DNA of 64,000 nt from a virus (lineage: Duplodnaviria; Heunggongvirae; Uroviricota; Caudoviricetes; Schitoviridae): IMG/VR virus record IMGVR_UViG_2974642717_000001, positions 14,146 to 78,145 of that record; one strand, 5' to 3'. Shown in pieces: positions 10,247-20,771 of the stretch (its first letter is position 1; every line of letters starts with the position of its first letter). Made by a program: the position numbers and the translations under genes. Below the pieces are notes generated by a model. The model had not been told where the DNA came from. It did no database searches and was given only the letters and a program-made list of their open reading frames with translations.

Positions 10247-13200
10247 ATGGCAAATATCTTTTATGGGGCCGATGCAGTTAATCAAGTTGAACTTGCGGAA
10301 GGCCCTCTTTCACCTATCGAGCGTGTGATCGTAGAGGAAGAAGGTTATGCTGATGCTCCGTACGCAGACACCAAGGGTATTACTACCACTGGGGTTGGTC
10401 AGACAGGTGACTACGCTAGCATGTCAGCTAAGGAAGCAATCGCAGACAAGACTCAACAGACACGTCAACTGATCCCAGCTTTTGATAATCTAGACGTAGA
10501 TACTCAAGCACAGTTGGTTTCAGCTATGTACCGTGGTGACCTAGGCCAAAGCCCTAAAGCACGTGCCCTATTTAATCAGGGTAAGTATGCTGAGGCGGCT
10601 GATGAGTTCCTAAACAATGACGAGTACAGAATAACTCAACACCCTGCCATCCAGAGACGTATGGAGCGTGTGGCTGATGCTATGCGTAACGCAGGAAATA
10701 CTCAGGAAGCTGCCGCAGAGTTTGAATTGCAGAACAACCCTGAAGTTACCCCTATTACTTCTCAAACCACTGTCCCTACAACAGGTGACAAGAAGATGGT
10801 TGAGCTAGAAGCAAAGAACACAGCCAAGATGGAAGAACTTGCAGTTAAGTCTGAGCAGAAGCAAATGAAAGCTGCGGGCATGACTGACGAGCAATTCAAC
10901 GCATTAGACCAATCTCTTGAGCAATACATCCAAGCAGGTGACCCGTCTGAGGCAGCCGCACGTGCAACATTCTACCTAGATGCACAACGTACACAGCAGG
11001 AGCTAAGTGCAGCAATCAATGCGCCTAAAGATGAGACAATCTTCCAAGACTTGAATAACCCTCTAGAGTTTGCAGGCAACACTCTATTATCTACAGCTAA
11101 CGCTATTGGTAATATCTTTGGTGGTTTGGCTTCTATCCCTTCAGAGATCCGTGCAGGTCTAAACTTATCTAATGTAAGTGCAGAAGACATGGCTATGTAC
11201 AACCAACTGCAAGGTCGTTCAGAAGCTGTATGGACTGATGAAGAATACAAATGGTACCAAGATAATCAAGATGCTGTTGCAGATATCCAGAAAGCTGAAG
11301 AACAGTTTGCTGTAAGTGATGCAATCAGCGGTGTAACTGGTGTACTTGAACCATATATCAATAGTGAATTAGGTGAAGACTTCGTAGCCGAAGGTAAAGA
11401 CATCTATGATGATGCCCTAGCAGGTAACTCATCTGCTGGTGAGATCGTTAATGGTCTTACTAACCTGTTCATTAATAATCCGGGTGCACTAACACAGACT
11501 ACGGTTGAATCACTTCCTTATATGATTGCAGCGGCATACAACATGCCTATGACAATGGCGTCAGGTTGGGCAAACAACCAGTCAGAAGCTATTCAAGCAT
11601 TCGAAGAAGAGAACGGTACACTTCCAACAGAGAAAGACCTAGCTAAGATCACTGCTCTTACTGGTGCTCAAGCATTAGTAGATATGGCAGGTGACCGTCT
11701 AGTAACCGGTGGTGCAGCAAACCTTAAGAAGTCTGTACAGGCTTTAACAGGTAAGAAAGTAGCAGCTAAAGGTGTAGGCGCAGCAACAGGTCGAGCAGCT
11801 GTATCAGCAGCCGGTGAGTTTGCGGCAGAAGGTGGTGCAGATGTACTAGGCCAATTAGCGGCAACAGCCGGTGAAGGTGACGTAGATGTAGGCCAAGCAG
11901 TTGGTACCGGTTTACTTGGTGCAGGCTCTGGCGGTGCTACCTCTATTGCGGTAGACGCTCCACAGGTTGTAGCGGATGCAGGTAAAGCAACAGCTAAGAC
12001 AGCACAGACAGCTACTACTAAAGTAAAAGAAGTTAAGACTAGTAAGACTTACAAAGATGCTGCTAAGACTAATGACCCCTCTGTATTGCCTAAACAAGGC
12101 GATAAAGGTTATGACGCTAAGCAGGATGTAGAAGCACGAACTGCTATGCTGGAGTCAGGTGCTCTAGAAGAATCTGTAGCTAAAGAGTCTTATAACCAAG
12201 TTATCAAAGATAACAATGCTCGTATTAAAGAGTTCCAAGAACTTAAAGCTAAATCTGATGCTGGTGACACGTCGGTTAATACCCGTGCACGTGAAGTATT
12301 TGCAGAGATCAAAGCTATTAAGCCTATTGTTGCTCGAGCTAAAGCAACACGTGCCCCTAAGAATGTACAAGCACAGGCTACTAATCTAGCAACAGCTACG
12401 ACTAACAACACGAACACAGCAGCGGCTGTTAATACTGTTCTTGGTTCTATGGCTCAAGATCCTCAAGCTATTCCAGTTGAGACTGTAAAACAGATTCTTG
12501 ATAACGAGTCTCTGAACCTTACTGCATTCCAACGTGCACGTATGAACGCTAACCTTACTACACGTACTGCAGAAGTGAGTCTTGATGACGTAAGTCGTGA
12601 GATCATCCAAGGTAGTTCAGCTAACATGGGTGTTCGTCAGTACGTAGCTGAATCACTTGCAGCAGTGGAGATTGAAGATACAGATACAGCACAGTCGTTG
12701 CTTACTGGTCTACAAGCATTCCGTTCTAGTCAAGTTAAGAAGCTAAACCGTGAAGGTAACACAGCTCGATTCACTGAAAACGTGACTAAAGAGATTCGTT
12801 ACATGGATGCAGCTATTAATGAAATCCGAATTGCACTTGGAGGTACAACTGATGCTGATACTACTATTAACGATACTGTGGCTACTGATGATGTTAGCGA
12901 TAGTGTGGATGGAGAAAATGTAGATGGTGATATTACAACTGATAATGCTGACACTGCTAGTAGCGATACTACTGTCCCTACCGAGGGAGTAGCCGAGCAA
13001 CAAGCTTCGGCTCCGTCCGAAGCGCAGGTTGCGGAGGATACGACTACTACACTTTCACCTCTTGCTGAATCTTTGCCAGCTCCTTTGGAACTTCCAGAAG
13101 ATGCTGAGATTTCTGCTGAGGACTTACACGTAGATGCTCTAATCGAGGAAGCACAAGTGCTACTTGCCGAGGGAACTACATACGATCAAACAATTGAAGC

Positions 13201-16200
13201 AATTGAACAACGTTTCGGTAAAGAGACTGCTGACTTTGTTGCTGATGGTTTGGAGTCTGAACAGGCTGAAAGCCAAGGTACTCTAGGTGAGCAACTTACT
13301 CGATCTCTAACAGAAGCTCCTGAAGAAGTAGCTTACTCTGTTGATCTGGATGCAGTTGAGAAAGTAGACGAACGCCTAACCAACCTAATTACTTCAGCTG
13401 GTTTGGCTCAATCTAGTCCACATCTGAACGATGCATTAGAAGATGTTAAAGCATCAATCCGTGCTGGCGCTACAGTAGCAGCATCAATTAAAGAGATTGT
13501 TCCTGCTTATACAGGTAAGCCGGTTAAACGTCTGAATGCTTCAGTACGTAAACTACAAGCTGACATCAACCGCGTACCTACTAACGTAGATAGCGGCATG
13601 ACAGTCGAAGAGCGTAAGTCGTGGCTACAACAAGTGAACTGGGTAAAAGAGTTCTTTACTCCAACTAATCCAGACAACATCTTACAGACTAATGGCAACT
13701 TGTTTAACCAAGCTAGCTCTCGTCGTCAGATTGAGGAGTACATTGGACGACCTCTTACAGATGGTGAACTAGAACAGTTAATCGATTACAACACTCGTCG
13801 AAAGTCTTTAGCTACGGCACTAGATAAAGTATTTAGTACTGAAGGTTACACAGACAACTACGCTCTAGGCGAACGCGATGCTGAAGGTAAACTGAAAGCA
13901 CCCAAGTACAACGATATGATGCAGTACCTTGCTGAAGACGGTGAATTACCTGCTGGAGTTAAAGAAGCAATCATCTCAGCTGCGTATAACTGGATTGCTA
14001 CATCTGCAGGTGACACGCTGTTTAATGAGGACTCAGCAATGAATAGTATTCTTGGTGAGACTAATGGTGATGCACACATCCACCGCGATGTACGTAACAT
14101 CCTGCAAGGTGTTGGTACAACACGTACTACAATCCTACAGTCATTAGGCAAAGACGTAATGAGCACGATTGGTATCTCTGGTACACGTAATGCACCGGGC
14201 AACGTTAACTCTAAGTTAGAGACTTCACTTGGCCAATTTACTCTTGAAGTTATGAAGCAAGCAGGTGTTGTTAAACAAACACAACTGTCGAAAGAAGATA
14301 TGGCAACGCTTAACCGTTTCTCTAAAGACGATGCAGGTGTTAGCCCTAACATCCGATTCATCAAAGCAGCTACAAACAAGGAAGGTAAACTACACACTAA
14401 ATTGAATGATGTGGTTCAACTTACTAAAGAAGCTCGTATCTCTGCACGTGAAACAGGTACACCGGCAGCATGGACACAGATGTTTGGTATTCAATCTCGT
14501 CAGGTATTCCCTGAGTTTGAGAAGCCTACCGAAGTAGCAACTAAAGTAACTGGCACTAACCGTGATGTACCACGCAAGACACAAGAAGTTCTAGCTAAGC
14601 ATAATGCACGCGAACACTTCCTTAAAGGTGATCTTACAGCTATGGCTCAAACAATGGCTGAGGAAGCTTCTGATGAGTTTATGAAGTTACTTGGTGTAAC
14701 AGACCCTGATTCAGTTCACGTCTCTCGTCGTGATGCACAGGACGCAGATAACCGTAATATCGAACGTGTATGGGGTAACTTTGATGAGTTCTACCGTCAG
14801 AACCTAGAAGTAGGTCTTGATCAACCACACTACTACACACATAACGTGTGGAAGAATGGTCGTTTTGGTATTGCACAGAATATGGTTAACCCTCAGGGTG
14901 ACAAGATTCACCGCGCATTCATTAAACAGAAAGGTTGGGATGTAGAGCTAGATCCAAACAACGTAGAACAGATGTCACAGTTCTGGGCTGCTATGGATGA
15001 AGAGTTAGGTTTTGATAATCGTAATGACATGCCCCGTTATATACAAGAAGCTGCGAACATTGTACGTGGATTCCTTGAGACAGATACATTCGAAGATGGT
15101 GATATCGAGACTCTATCAGCAATCATCCGTAATGAGCTTGGTGGTGCTTCTAACACAGCAATGCTGAAACTAGATGCAATCATGCATATCGCACGTCATG
15201 ACATCGCGGTAGATACTAATGAAACTTTCCAATCAGAAATGTTCATGGAAATCGATGGTAAGACAAACGGTATCATTATCTCACTGATTCAGTATGGTGC
15301 AGCAGCAACAGGTATTGATTTGCTTAATTTAGTTGGTATGGGTGGTCTATACGGAGAAGGGGATATCCGTAACTTTAATGACTTTAAGAAGGCAGGTAAT
15401 CTAGATGCGTACAACAAGTTAGCTAAAGATTGGATTAAGAATCTAAAACTTACTTACACAGGGGCGGACACAACAGCAATGTTCAAACTGTTTGGTCTAA
15501 TTGATGAGAAAGGTAATGCAGTACCTAAACAGGAACGTAACCTAGCGAAGAACCCACTAATGGTAATCTTCTATGGTTCAGGTGAGAACGCGGTTAAGCA
15601 ATCTCTAGGTTCAGCATTCACTGAAGTGGTAATGGATAAATTGGAAGCAGCTGGTCAAGCCGGCGATCTTCAAGCGTACAATGACATCCGTGACGAACTG
15701 AACAAGATTGTTCCTCATGCACTTCCAGAAGTAACACAGGCGAGCCAAATCTTAGAAACAGATCTAAGTAATGCTACCCTTGCTAAACTGGAAGAGACAG
15801 TAGGGGAAGTGTTCGGTTCAACTGCATACGCAGAAGTTCAGGCTCAGTACCCAGAGTACATGAAGCGTCGTGACCAAGTTCGTGATGTATATGACTCAAT
15901 GTACCGTCGCCATGCAGCGCTACGTGAGAAGTTAATCGAGAAGCGTAAAGCAGAGCTAGTAGCACTAGGTCAATTGTCTAACTTAGAGGATATGGCTAAG
16001 CACGAGTACCGCGCTATTGATGATCGAATTGCAGCAGTCGGTCCACACTTTAACTCTCACTCTACTAAGGGTGGTCCAGTTGAAGAGTCGATTGATCCAA
16101 GCAAGACTAAGACAGAGGTTGATACTAAGACACGTGTACAAGCTAAATACGGTAACAAAGAACAGAAGGTAACTTCTGAAGGTACTAAGCGTGTACCGGC

Positions 16201-19200
16201 AGCACCGGGTGTTGGTGCAGGTCCAATGAGTATTCACAGTGCAGATGCTTCAATCATGCGTGAAACGTATGATAACGACATTGACTCTATTGGTGTTCAC
16301 GATGCTAACTTAATCGGTATTACCGATGCTAAGAAGCTGGGACAAGTACAGAACAAAGCTTTTGAGACTGTTACACGTGAGACGAGTGTACTAGTAGAAA
16401 CTCTTAAAGCATTCCGTAACTCTGACCAGACTTACACATCAATCATCAAGGAAGAAGGTTTAAACCGTACTGAATTAGATAGTGCGGCAAATGGTTTAGA
16501 TACTCCAATTGAACCTACTGTTATCCGTGAACGTCTACTTGATCTAGTAGATTCTACTAAAGCAGCAGGCCGAGTGAAGGATGAGATGTGGCAGAACACT
16601 CGTTATGTACATCAATACGCTGACCATAATGGCGTCTCAGCGCATGAGTCTAACACTAAGAAGTGGGAACGCTTCCAGTACGTTAAGTCTGGTGATGCTA
16701 AGTCTGTAGCTGCGAATGCAGCGGAAGACGTTGTTACAGAATCATTAGGATCTAGTCAAGGTATCGACTTTGCAGAGGCAAGTGATTCTAACAACTATGA
16801 TAACTCAGTAGACGTTGACCTAACTAACGTTGGTGAAGTATTCGAATCATTGCCGGCAACAGGCGGTAAGATTGAGAACGATGTACATAAAGAGACTCTA
16901 CGTGGAATGGTCTTCAACCTAACCAACAAACTGTCAGTACCGTTTGGTTTCCATATGCGTGAGAAAGAAGATGTTCCTAACTACGGTGTAGCAACACAGT
17001 CTGACATTTACCTAACTACGTTAGCTAATGGCGCACCTGAAACATCAGGCATCTTGGCTCAAGGTATTCGTATGAGTCCAGAAGAGATCATGGCACACGA
17101 ACTGAATCACTTAGTATTTGCAGAAGGTTTTAAAACAGATTCACGTTACCGTCGTCAATTTGAACGTATCTTCAACGCTGTGAAAGCTGAGGCTACCCCG
17201 GATATCTTCCTAGAGAACCCGGTTAACCCTACGGCCGCAGAGCAAGAAGCTGCTCAGAAGCATTTTGACTACATCTTCAACAACAAAGATGGTAACAGCC
17301 TTGAAGAGTTTGGTGCATTTGCTACTACTAATGAGAAGCTAATCGACTTTACCAACACAATCACAGTTAAGCCGGAGAAGTGGGTACAAGGTGATAGCCC
17401 TTACGAGATTATGGTTAACATCCTTTCCCGTATTGTGGATGCTTTCAATGCTCGTATCTTACACCTTTCGGATATTAGCAACGATAAGAAGCTATTCGCT
17501 CTTATGGATGGTATGAACCGTATTACAGGTAAGAAGCAGAACGGTATTATTGAAGCAGCGCAGAGTGCAGCAGCTATGGCACAACAAGTAATGCAGATTC
17601 CTTCAGCGATGATTGAAGGGGCAGCACGTAAGTTGGCGGCAGTACCAGTGTTCAAAGACAGTCGTTACGCAACAGTACGTATACTGTCGGAAGCAGTACG
17701 TAAAGGTAACTCTGGTCGTGACCTGAACCAAGCAATGTTAGATCACCTTAACTTGATGCGCGACATCACTACCGAGAATAAGTATGGGTGGTTCCAATCT
17801 ACAGCAGATGAGATGATTGGTCGTACAGTTGATAACGCTACATTCCGTGATATGGCACGTACTTCTAACGTAATGCTAGATATGGGCCGTAAGCGTGCTA
17901 AGGATGCAATGACGAAACACATTCAAAACTCTTTCACTACCCCGGTAGAAGATAGCGAATGGAATGCAATCAACAAAGTAATCCTTAAACTAGACATCGA
18001 CTCTATTTCAGATATTGGTTTAGAGAAGGTAGGTCAATTGATGAATAGTGATGCTGCACTTGAAACTGAGATTGCAGGTCTAGAGCAATTGCTTAAGACT
18101 TTCAACAACTACAACTTCTACCGCCGTCATGCAGAGAACCTAGGTTACTTCATGAATACTGGCCGTAGTATGGAAGCAGCAGCACTGTTGAATGCTCACA
18201 ATATCTCTAAAGGATACGGTGATACTAAGATGAATGTTACTGATGCAACCGCAGCTCGAGTTGAACCAATCGTAGATAAACTAGCAACGCTTTACGGTAT
18301 CAAGCATGCAGATGCTACTAACCGAAATGCAATTGCTGACCTAATCAGTCGCGATGTAGACGGTATCAATGCAGTAATTGATGCTCACCACACACTGAAA
18401 GAAGGTTCAAAGGATCAGTTCGCTTCTACACAGGAACAGAAGACACTATCTCTAAAAGGTTGGACTAAGGAAGAGTACAATGCAGCAACTGGTGTTGAAG
18501 TAGCAACTCTGGATAAACGTGAAGAACTAGAGTCTCAAGGTTACATCATGCAAGAGAATCCGATTCCTCGTGATAGTAAAGACCCTGTTCAAACTGACAT
18601 GTATATGTTCGTGGCTCCTGATGGTGCACTTGCTCCATACATGGCACAGATTGCATCTCTTACTAGTAATGTGGCTAAAGGTTCTGACACAGTGAAGGTT
18701 GAAGCTCAGTACGGTGCAGATAACCCATACGATTCAGGGTTGGTTGATGTAGGTATCATCAATAAAGGTAAAGAGGCTGCACAAGCACAGGTTCACCTGA
18801 ACCCTGTTAGTCCGGGCCCAAGTGGTAACAAGATGATTCCAATCATTTCACCGAAGGACGGTAAAGTAGTGGGTTGGCGTTATATGATGACCGAAGCTAA
18901 TCGTGATGAGATTCTTCAAAAGGATAACAACGCAGCTAACGTTCTTGGCGCCATGGCCGGTAACATCGTAGATAAGATTAAAACACAGGAAGTTAATAAA
19001 GAGTTGGTAACAGCAGCTAAAGCTCAATACGATGCAGACCTAGCTAAAGGTCGTGGTAATGCATATGTTGAGATTAGTGAGGAAGCAGAAGGTGAGTTGC
19101 TTGAGATTTGGCGTAGAATGCCTGAGGAAATGCAGAAAGAGGTTGTGAGTACGTTTGGTTCTCCGCGCATGATGGTACGTTCTGACTTGGTAGACCAGAT

Positions 19201-20281
19201 GTTCGGTTACCGTAAACCAAGTATCAATGAGTTGTTTGAGAAAGATCCTGCTGCTCGTCGTTACTGGGAGCACATGGTTGTTCAGGTACTATCTACTGTA
19301 TTACCAAAGGATACAGTACAGAAGGTTCGTAAAGCTGAAAACATCATTCAAGCAGTTGTGCAAGAGACTAAGGATATTGTTGTAGTACGTTCAATCGTAG
19401 TACCACTATTCAACGTATTCTCAAACACAATGTTCTTGATGCTTCAAGGTATCGATCCTGTAACTGCAATCCGTGGACAGGTAGAAGCGTACGTAGCCGG
19501 TAACCGTCTTGTAGCAGACATTCGTAAGAAAGATGAGCTAACTATCCAAGTAGCAGCTAAGTCTATTCAAGCGGCTACACGTACACGATTACTAGGTGAA
19601 TTAGCAGCAGTTGAAAGACGTATTGCTATCAACCCTACTAATGCTTCTTACCAAGCGGGTATGATGCCATCGGTAGTAGATGATGCAGAGACTAACGTAA
19701 ATATCTCTAACTCTCTACGTGGTCAGACTCAACGTAAGGTGAGTGCAGGTGTTGATAAAGTATTCGGTCGTATGCCGGCTCTAGTGCCAGATACAATCAA
19801 AGGTGTTCTAGGTTTGCCAGACAGTACAGCTTACCGCGCAATGAATAACTTTGTACGTAACTCTGACTTTATCGCTCGTCACGTTGTAGCTAACCATTGG
19901 GCAGCTCAACAAGCGAAAGAGCAAGGTCGTGCAGTAACGGAAGCACAGATGAATGAGCACTATGCAGAAGCAACTGAACTGTTTGTTAACTTTGATGCTC
20001 CTACTCACCGAGGCACACAGTACGCGAATGATATCGGTATTGCATGGTTCACTAAGTACTTGTTCCGTGTAAACAGGGCAGTGGCTAGAACATTCCTTAA
20101 GAACCCAGTTAAAGTATCTCTGGCAATGCTTGGTATGGAACTAGCAGGGTTTGATTCATTCTCTGATACTCCAATCGGTTCAGCTATGGTAGCAGGTCGT
20201 GATCCACTATCGACACTAGGTGACCCAGTTACCTCAGCTATCTCGGCACTAAGCCTAACAGTACCGGGCCAAGTCCTCTAA
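10247..20281 (+). CDS. virion-encapsidated RNA polymerase (N4 gp50-like vRNAP) with N-terminal T4-lysozyme-like domain
   Basis: 3344 aa. T7-like RNAP motifs: A 'EIDGKTNGIIIS' (~15251), B 'RNLAKNPLMVIFYGSGE' (~15536-15580), C 'IGVHDANL' (~16298). N-terminal ~150 aa resemble GH24/T4 lysozyme (EGYADAPYADTKGITTTGVGQ; later ...YAEAADEFLNN...QHPAIQRRMERV). Confidence 0.85.
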   Translation: MANIFYGADAVNQVELAEGPLSPIERVIVEEEGYADAPYADTKGITTTGVGQTGDYASMSAKEAIADKTQQTRQLIPAFDNLDVDTQAQLVSAMYRGDLGQSPKARALFNQGKYAEAADEFLNNDEYRITQHPAIQRRMERVADAMRNAGNTQEAAAEFELQNNPEVTPITSQTTVPTTGDKKMVELEAKNTAKMEELAVKSEQKQMKAAGMTDEQFNALDQSLEQYIQAGDPSEAAARATFYLDAQRTQQELSAAINAPKDETIFQDLNNPLEFAGNTLLSTANAIGNIFGGLASIPSEIRAGLNLSNVSAEDMAMYNQLQGRSEAVWTDEEYKWYQDNQDAVADIQKAEEQFAVSDAISGVTGVLEPYINSELGEDFVAEGKDIYDDALAGNSSAGEIVNGLTNLFINNPGALTQTTVESLPYMIAAAYNMPMTMASGWANNQSEAIQAFEEENGTLPTEKDLAKITALTGAQALVDMAGDRLVTGGAANLKKSVQALTGKKVAAKGVGAATGRAAVSAAGEFAAEGGADVLGQLAATAGEGDVDVGQAVGTGLLGAGSGGATSIAVDAPQVVADAGKATAKTAQTATTKVKEVKTSKTYKDAAKTNDPSVLPKQGDKGYDAKQDVEARTAMLESGALEESVAKESYNQVIKDNNARIKEFQELKAKSDAGDTSVNTRAREVFAEIKAIKPIVARAKATRAPKNVQAQATNLATATTNNTNTAAAVNTVLGSMAQDPQAIPVETVKQILDNESLNLTAFQRARMNANLTTRTAEVSLDDVSREIIQGSSANMGVRQYVAESLAAVEIEDTDTAQSLLTGLQAFRSSQVKKLNREGNTARFTENVTKEIRYMDAAINEIRIALGGTTDADTTINDTVATDDVSDSVDGENVDGDITTDNADTASSDTTVPTEGVAEQQASAPSEAQVAEDTTTTLSPLAESLPAPLELPEDAEISAEDLHVDALIEEAQVLLAEGTTYDQTIEAIEQRFGKETADFVADGLESEQAESQGTLGEQLTRSLTEAPEEVAYSVDLDAVEKVDERLTNLITSAGLAQSSPHLNDALEDVKASIRAGATVAASIKEIVPAYTGKPVKRLNASVRKLQADINRVPTNVDSGMTVEERKSWLQQVNWVKEFFTPTNPDNILQTNGNLFNQASSRRQIEEYIGRPLTDGELEQLIDYNTRRKSLATALDKVFSTEGYTDNYALGERDAEGKLKAPKYNDMMQYLAEDGELPAGVKEAIISAAYNWIATSAGDTLFNEDSAMNSILGETNGDAHIHRDVRNILQGVGTTRTTILQSLGKDVMSTIGISGTRNAPGNVNSKLETSLGQFTLEVMKQAGVVKQTQLSKEDMATLNRFSKDDAGVSPNIRFIKAATNKEGKLHTKLNDVVQLTKEARISARETGTPAAWTQMFGIQSRQVFPEFEKPTEVATKVTGTNRDVPRKTQEVLAKHNAREHFLKGDLTAMAQTMAEEASDEFMKLLGVTDPDSVHVSRRDAQDADNRNIERVWGNFDEFYRQNLEVGLDQPHYYTHNVWKNGRFGIAQNMVNPQGDKIHRAFIKQKGWDVELDPNNVEQMSQFWAAMDEELGFDNRNDMPRYIQEAANIVRGFLETDTFEDGDIETLSAIIRNELGGASNTAMLKLDAIMHIARHDIAVDTNETFQSEMFMEIDGKTNGIIISLIQYGAAATGIDLLNLVGMGGLYGEGDIRNFNDFKKAGNLDAYNKLAKDWIKNLKLTYTGADTTAMFKLFGLIDEKGNAVPKQERNLAKNPLMVIFYGSGENAVKQSLGSAFTEVVMDKLEAAGQAGDLQAYNDIRDELNKIVPHALPEVTQASQILETDLSNATLAKLEETVGEVFGSTAYAEVQAQYPEYMKRRDQVRDVYDSMYRRHAALREKLIEKRKAELVALGQLSNLEDMAKHEYRAIDDRIAAVGPHFNSHSTKGGPVEESIDPSKTKTEVDTKTRVQAKYGNKEQKVTSEGTKRVPAAPGVGAGPMSIHSADASIMRETYDNDIDSIGVHDANLIGITDAKKLGQVQNKAFETVTRETSVLVETLKAFRNSDQTYTSIIKEEGLNRTELDSAANGLDTPIEPTVIRERLLDLVDSTKAAGRVKDEMWQNTRYVHQYADHNGVSAHESNTKKWERFQYVKSGDAKSVAANAAEDVVTESLGSSQGIDFAEASDSNNYDNSVDVDLTNVGEVFESLPATGGKIENDVHKETLRGMVFNLTNKLSVPFGFHMREKEDVPNYGVATQSDIYLTTLANGAPETSGILAQGIRMSPEEIMAHELNHLVFAEGFKTDSRYRRQFERIFNAVKAEATPDIFLENPVNPTAAEQEAAQKHFDYIFNNKDGNSLEEFGAFATTNEKLIDFTNTITVKPEKWVQGDSPYEIMVNILSRIVDAFNARILHLSDISNDKKLFALMDGMNRITGKKQNGIIEAAQSAAAMAQQVMQIPSAMIEGAARKLAAVPVFKDSRYATVRILSEAVRKGNSGRDLNQAMLDHLNLMRDITTENKYGWFQSTADEMIGRTVDNATFRDMARTSNVMLDMGRKRAKDAMTKHIQNSFTTPVEDSEWNAINKVILKLDIDSISDIGLEKVGQLMNSDAALETEIAGLEQLLKTFNNYNFYRRHAENLGYFMNTGRSMEAAALLNAHNISKGYGDTKMNVTDATAARVEPIVDKLATLYGIKHADATNRNAIADLISRDVDGINAVIDAHHTLKEGSKDQFASTQEQKTLSLKGWTKEEYNAATGVEVATLDKREELESQGYIMQENPIPRDSKDPVQTDMYMFVAPDGALAPYMAQIASLTSNVAKGSDTVKVEAQYGADNPYDSGLVDVGIINKGKEAAQAQVHLNPVSPGPSGNKMIPIISPKDGKVVGWRYMMTEANRDEILQKDNNAANVLGAMAGNIVDKIKTQEVNKELVTAAKAQYDADLAKGRGNAYVEISEEAEGELLEIWRRMPEEMQKEVVSTFGSPRMMVRSDLVDQMFGYRKPSINELFEKDPAARRYWEHMVVQVLSTVLPKDTVQKVRKAENIIQAVVQETKDIVVVRSIVVPLFNVFSNTMFLMLQGIDPVTAIRGQVEAYVAGNRLVADIRKKDELTIQVAAKSIQAATRTRLLGELAAVERRIAINPTNASYQAGMMPSVVDDAETNVNISNSLRGQTQRKVSAGVDKVFGRMPALVPDTIKGVLGLPDSTAYRAMNNFVRNSDFIARHVVANHWAAQQAKEQGRAVTEAQMNEHYAEATELFVNFDAPTHRGTQYANDIGIAWFTKYLFRVNRAVARTFLKNPVKVSLAMLGMELAGFDSFSDTPIGSAMVAGRDPLSTLGDPVTSAISALSLTVPGQVL

Positions 20282-20290
20282 ACTCCACAT

Positions 20291-20324
20291 AAAAAAACCC
20301 TCCATAAAGGAGGGTTTATTTTTT
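20291..20324. terminator. bidirectional intrinsic terminator between convergent vRNAP gene and - strand genes
   Basis: A7-AAACCCTCC-ataaa-GGAGGGTTT-T6: perfect 9-bp stem flanked by an A-run and a T-run. Confidence 0.8.
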
Positions 20325-20405
20325 AGTATTTCTTAGTCCATGGAAGTAATTGATTTATTCCATAGGCGATTAGGCATATCCCAACTACTAACCAGAACAT
20401 AGCCA

Positions 20406-20771
20406 TTACCCGAACAGAGACTGTTTAGCAGTAGGCTCAGCTTCCGTTTCAAATGGTGCTTCGTCTTCTTCGTCAGTTACTTCTGGAATAACTTCATCTG
20501 ACGCTTCGCTTTGTAGTCCTGCCACATTTTCTGTAGTCTCTTCGCTTGGGCTTCCCGTTCCGCATGCAGCGCTGCTGCCTGTTTCCTCTCTGTTCTCCCC
20601 AAAGTGTGCCTCCACTGCAACAGCAATGCTGTCTTTACCTGAACGTTTAGCTGAGAACTCGATTGAGTCTACAATGATTGTAGGGTCTTGCTTAGCAATC
20701 AACTCGATAAGAGCTTGCTCAACGTCTGCTTGGGTTACCTTAATTTTAAGGCTCTTGATGATCTCTAACAT
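20406..20771 (-). CDS. acidic protein, 121 aa, C-terminal ...SLFG
   Basis: ORF convergent with vRNAP; D/E-rich C-terminal half; shares the terminal tetrapeptide SLFG with the adjacent SSB-like protein. Confidence 0.5.
   Translation of the reverse strand: MLEIIKSLKIKVTQADVEQALIELIAKQDPTIIVDSIEFSAKRSGKDSIAVAVEAHFGENREETGSSAACGTGSPSEETTENVAGLQSEASDEVIPEVTDEEDEAPFETEAEPTAKQSLFG

Noticed and set aside
10972-19273. About 20 short - strand ORFs (10972..11250 through 19040..19273 and 19808..20008) inside vRNAP
   Set aside because: All lie antisense within the 10-kb vRNAP CDS whose T7-like motifs confirm the + frame. They are typical shadow ORFs of a long gene.
20325-20405. Looked for tRNA genes in non-coding gaps (20325-20405, 40913-40987, 45960-46004, 52328-52446, 62163-62289, 62897-63054)
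   Set aside because: None shows a plausible cloverleaf (no GTTCRANYC T-loop or acceptor-stem complementarity), so no tRNA or other structured RNA gene is claimed.
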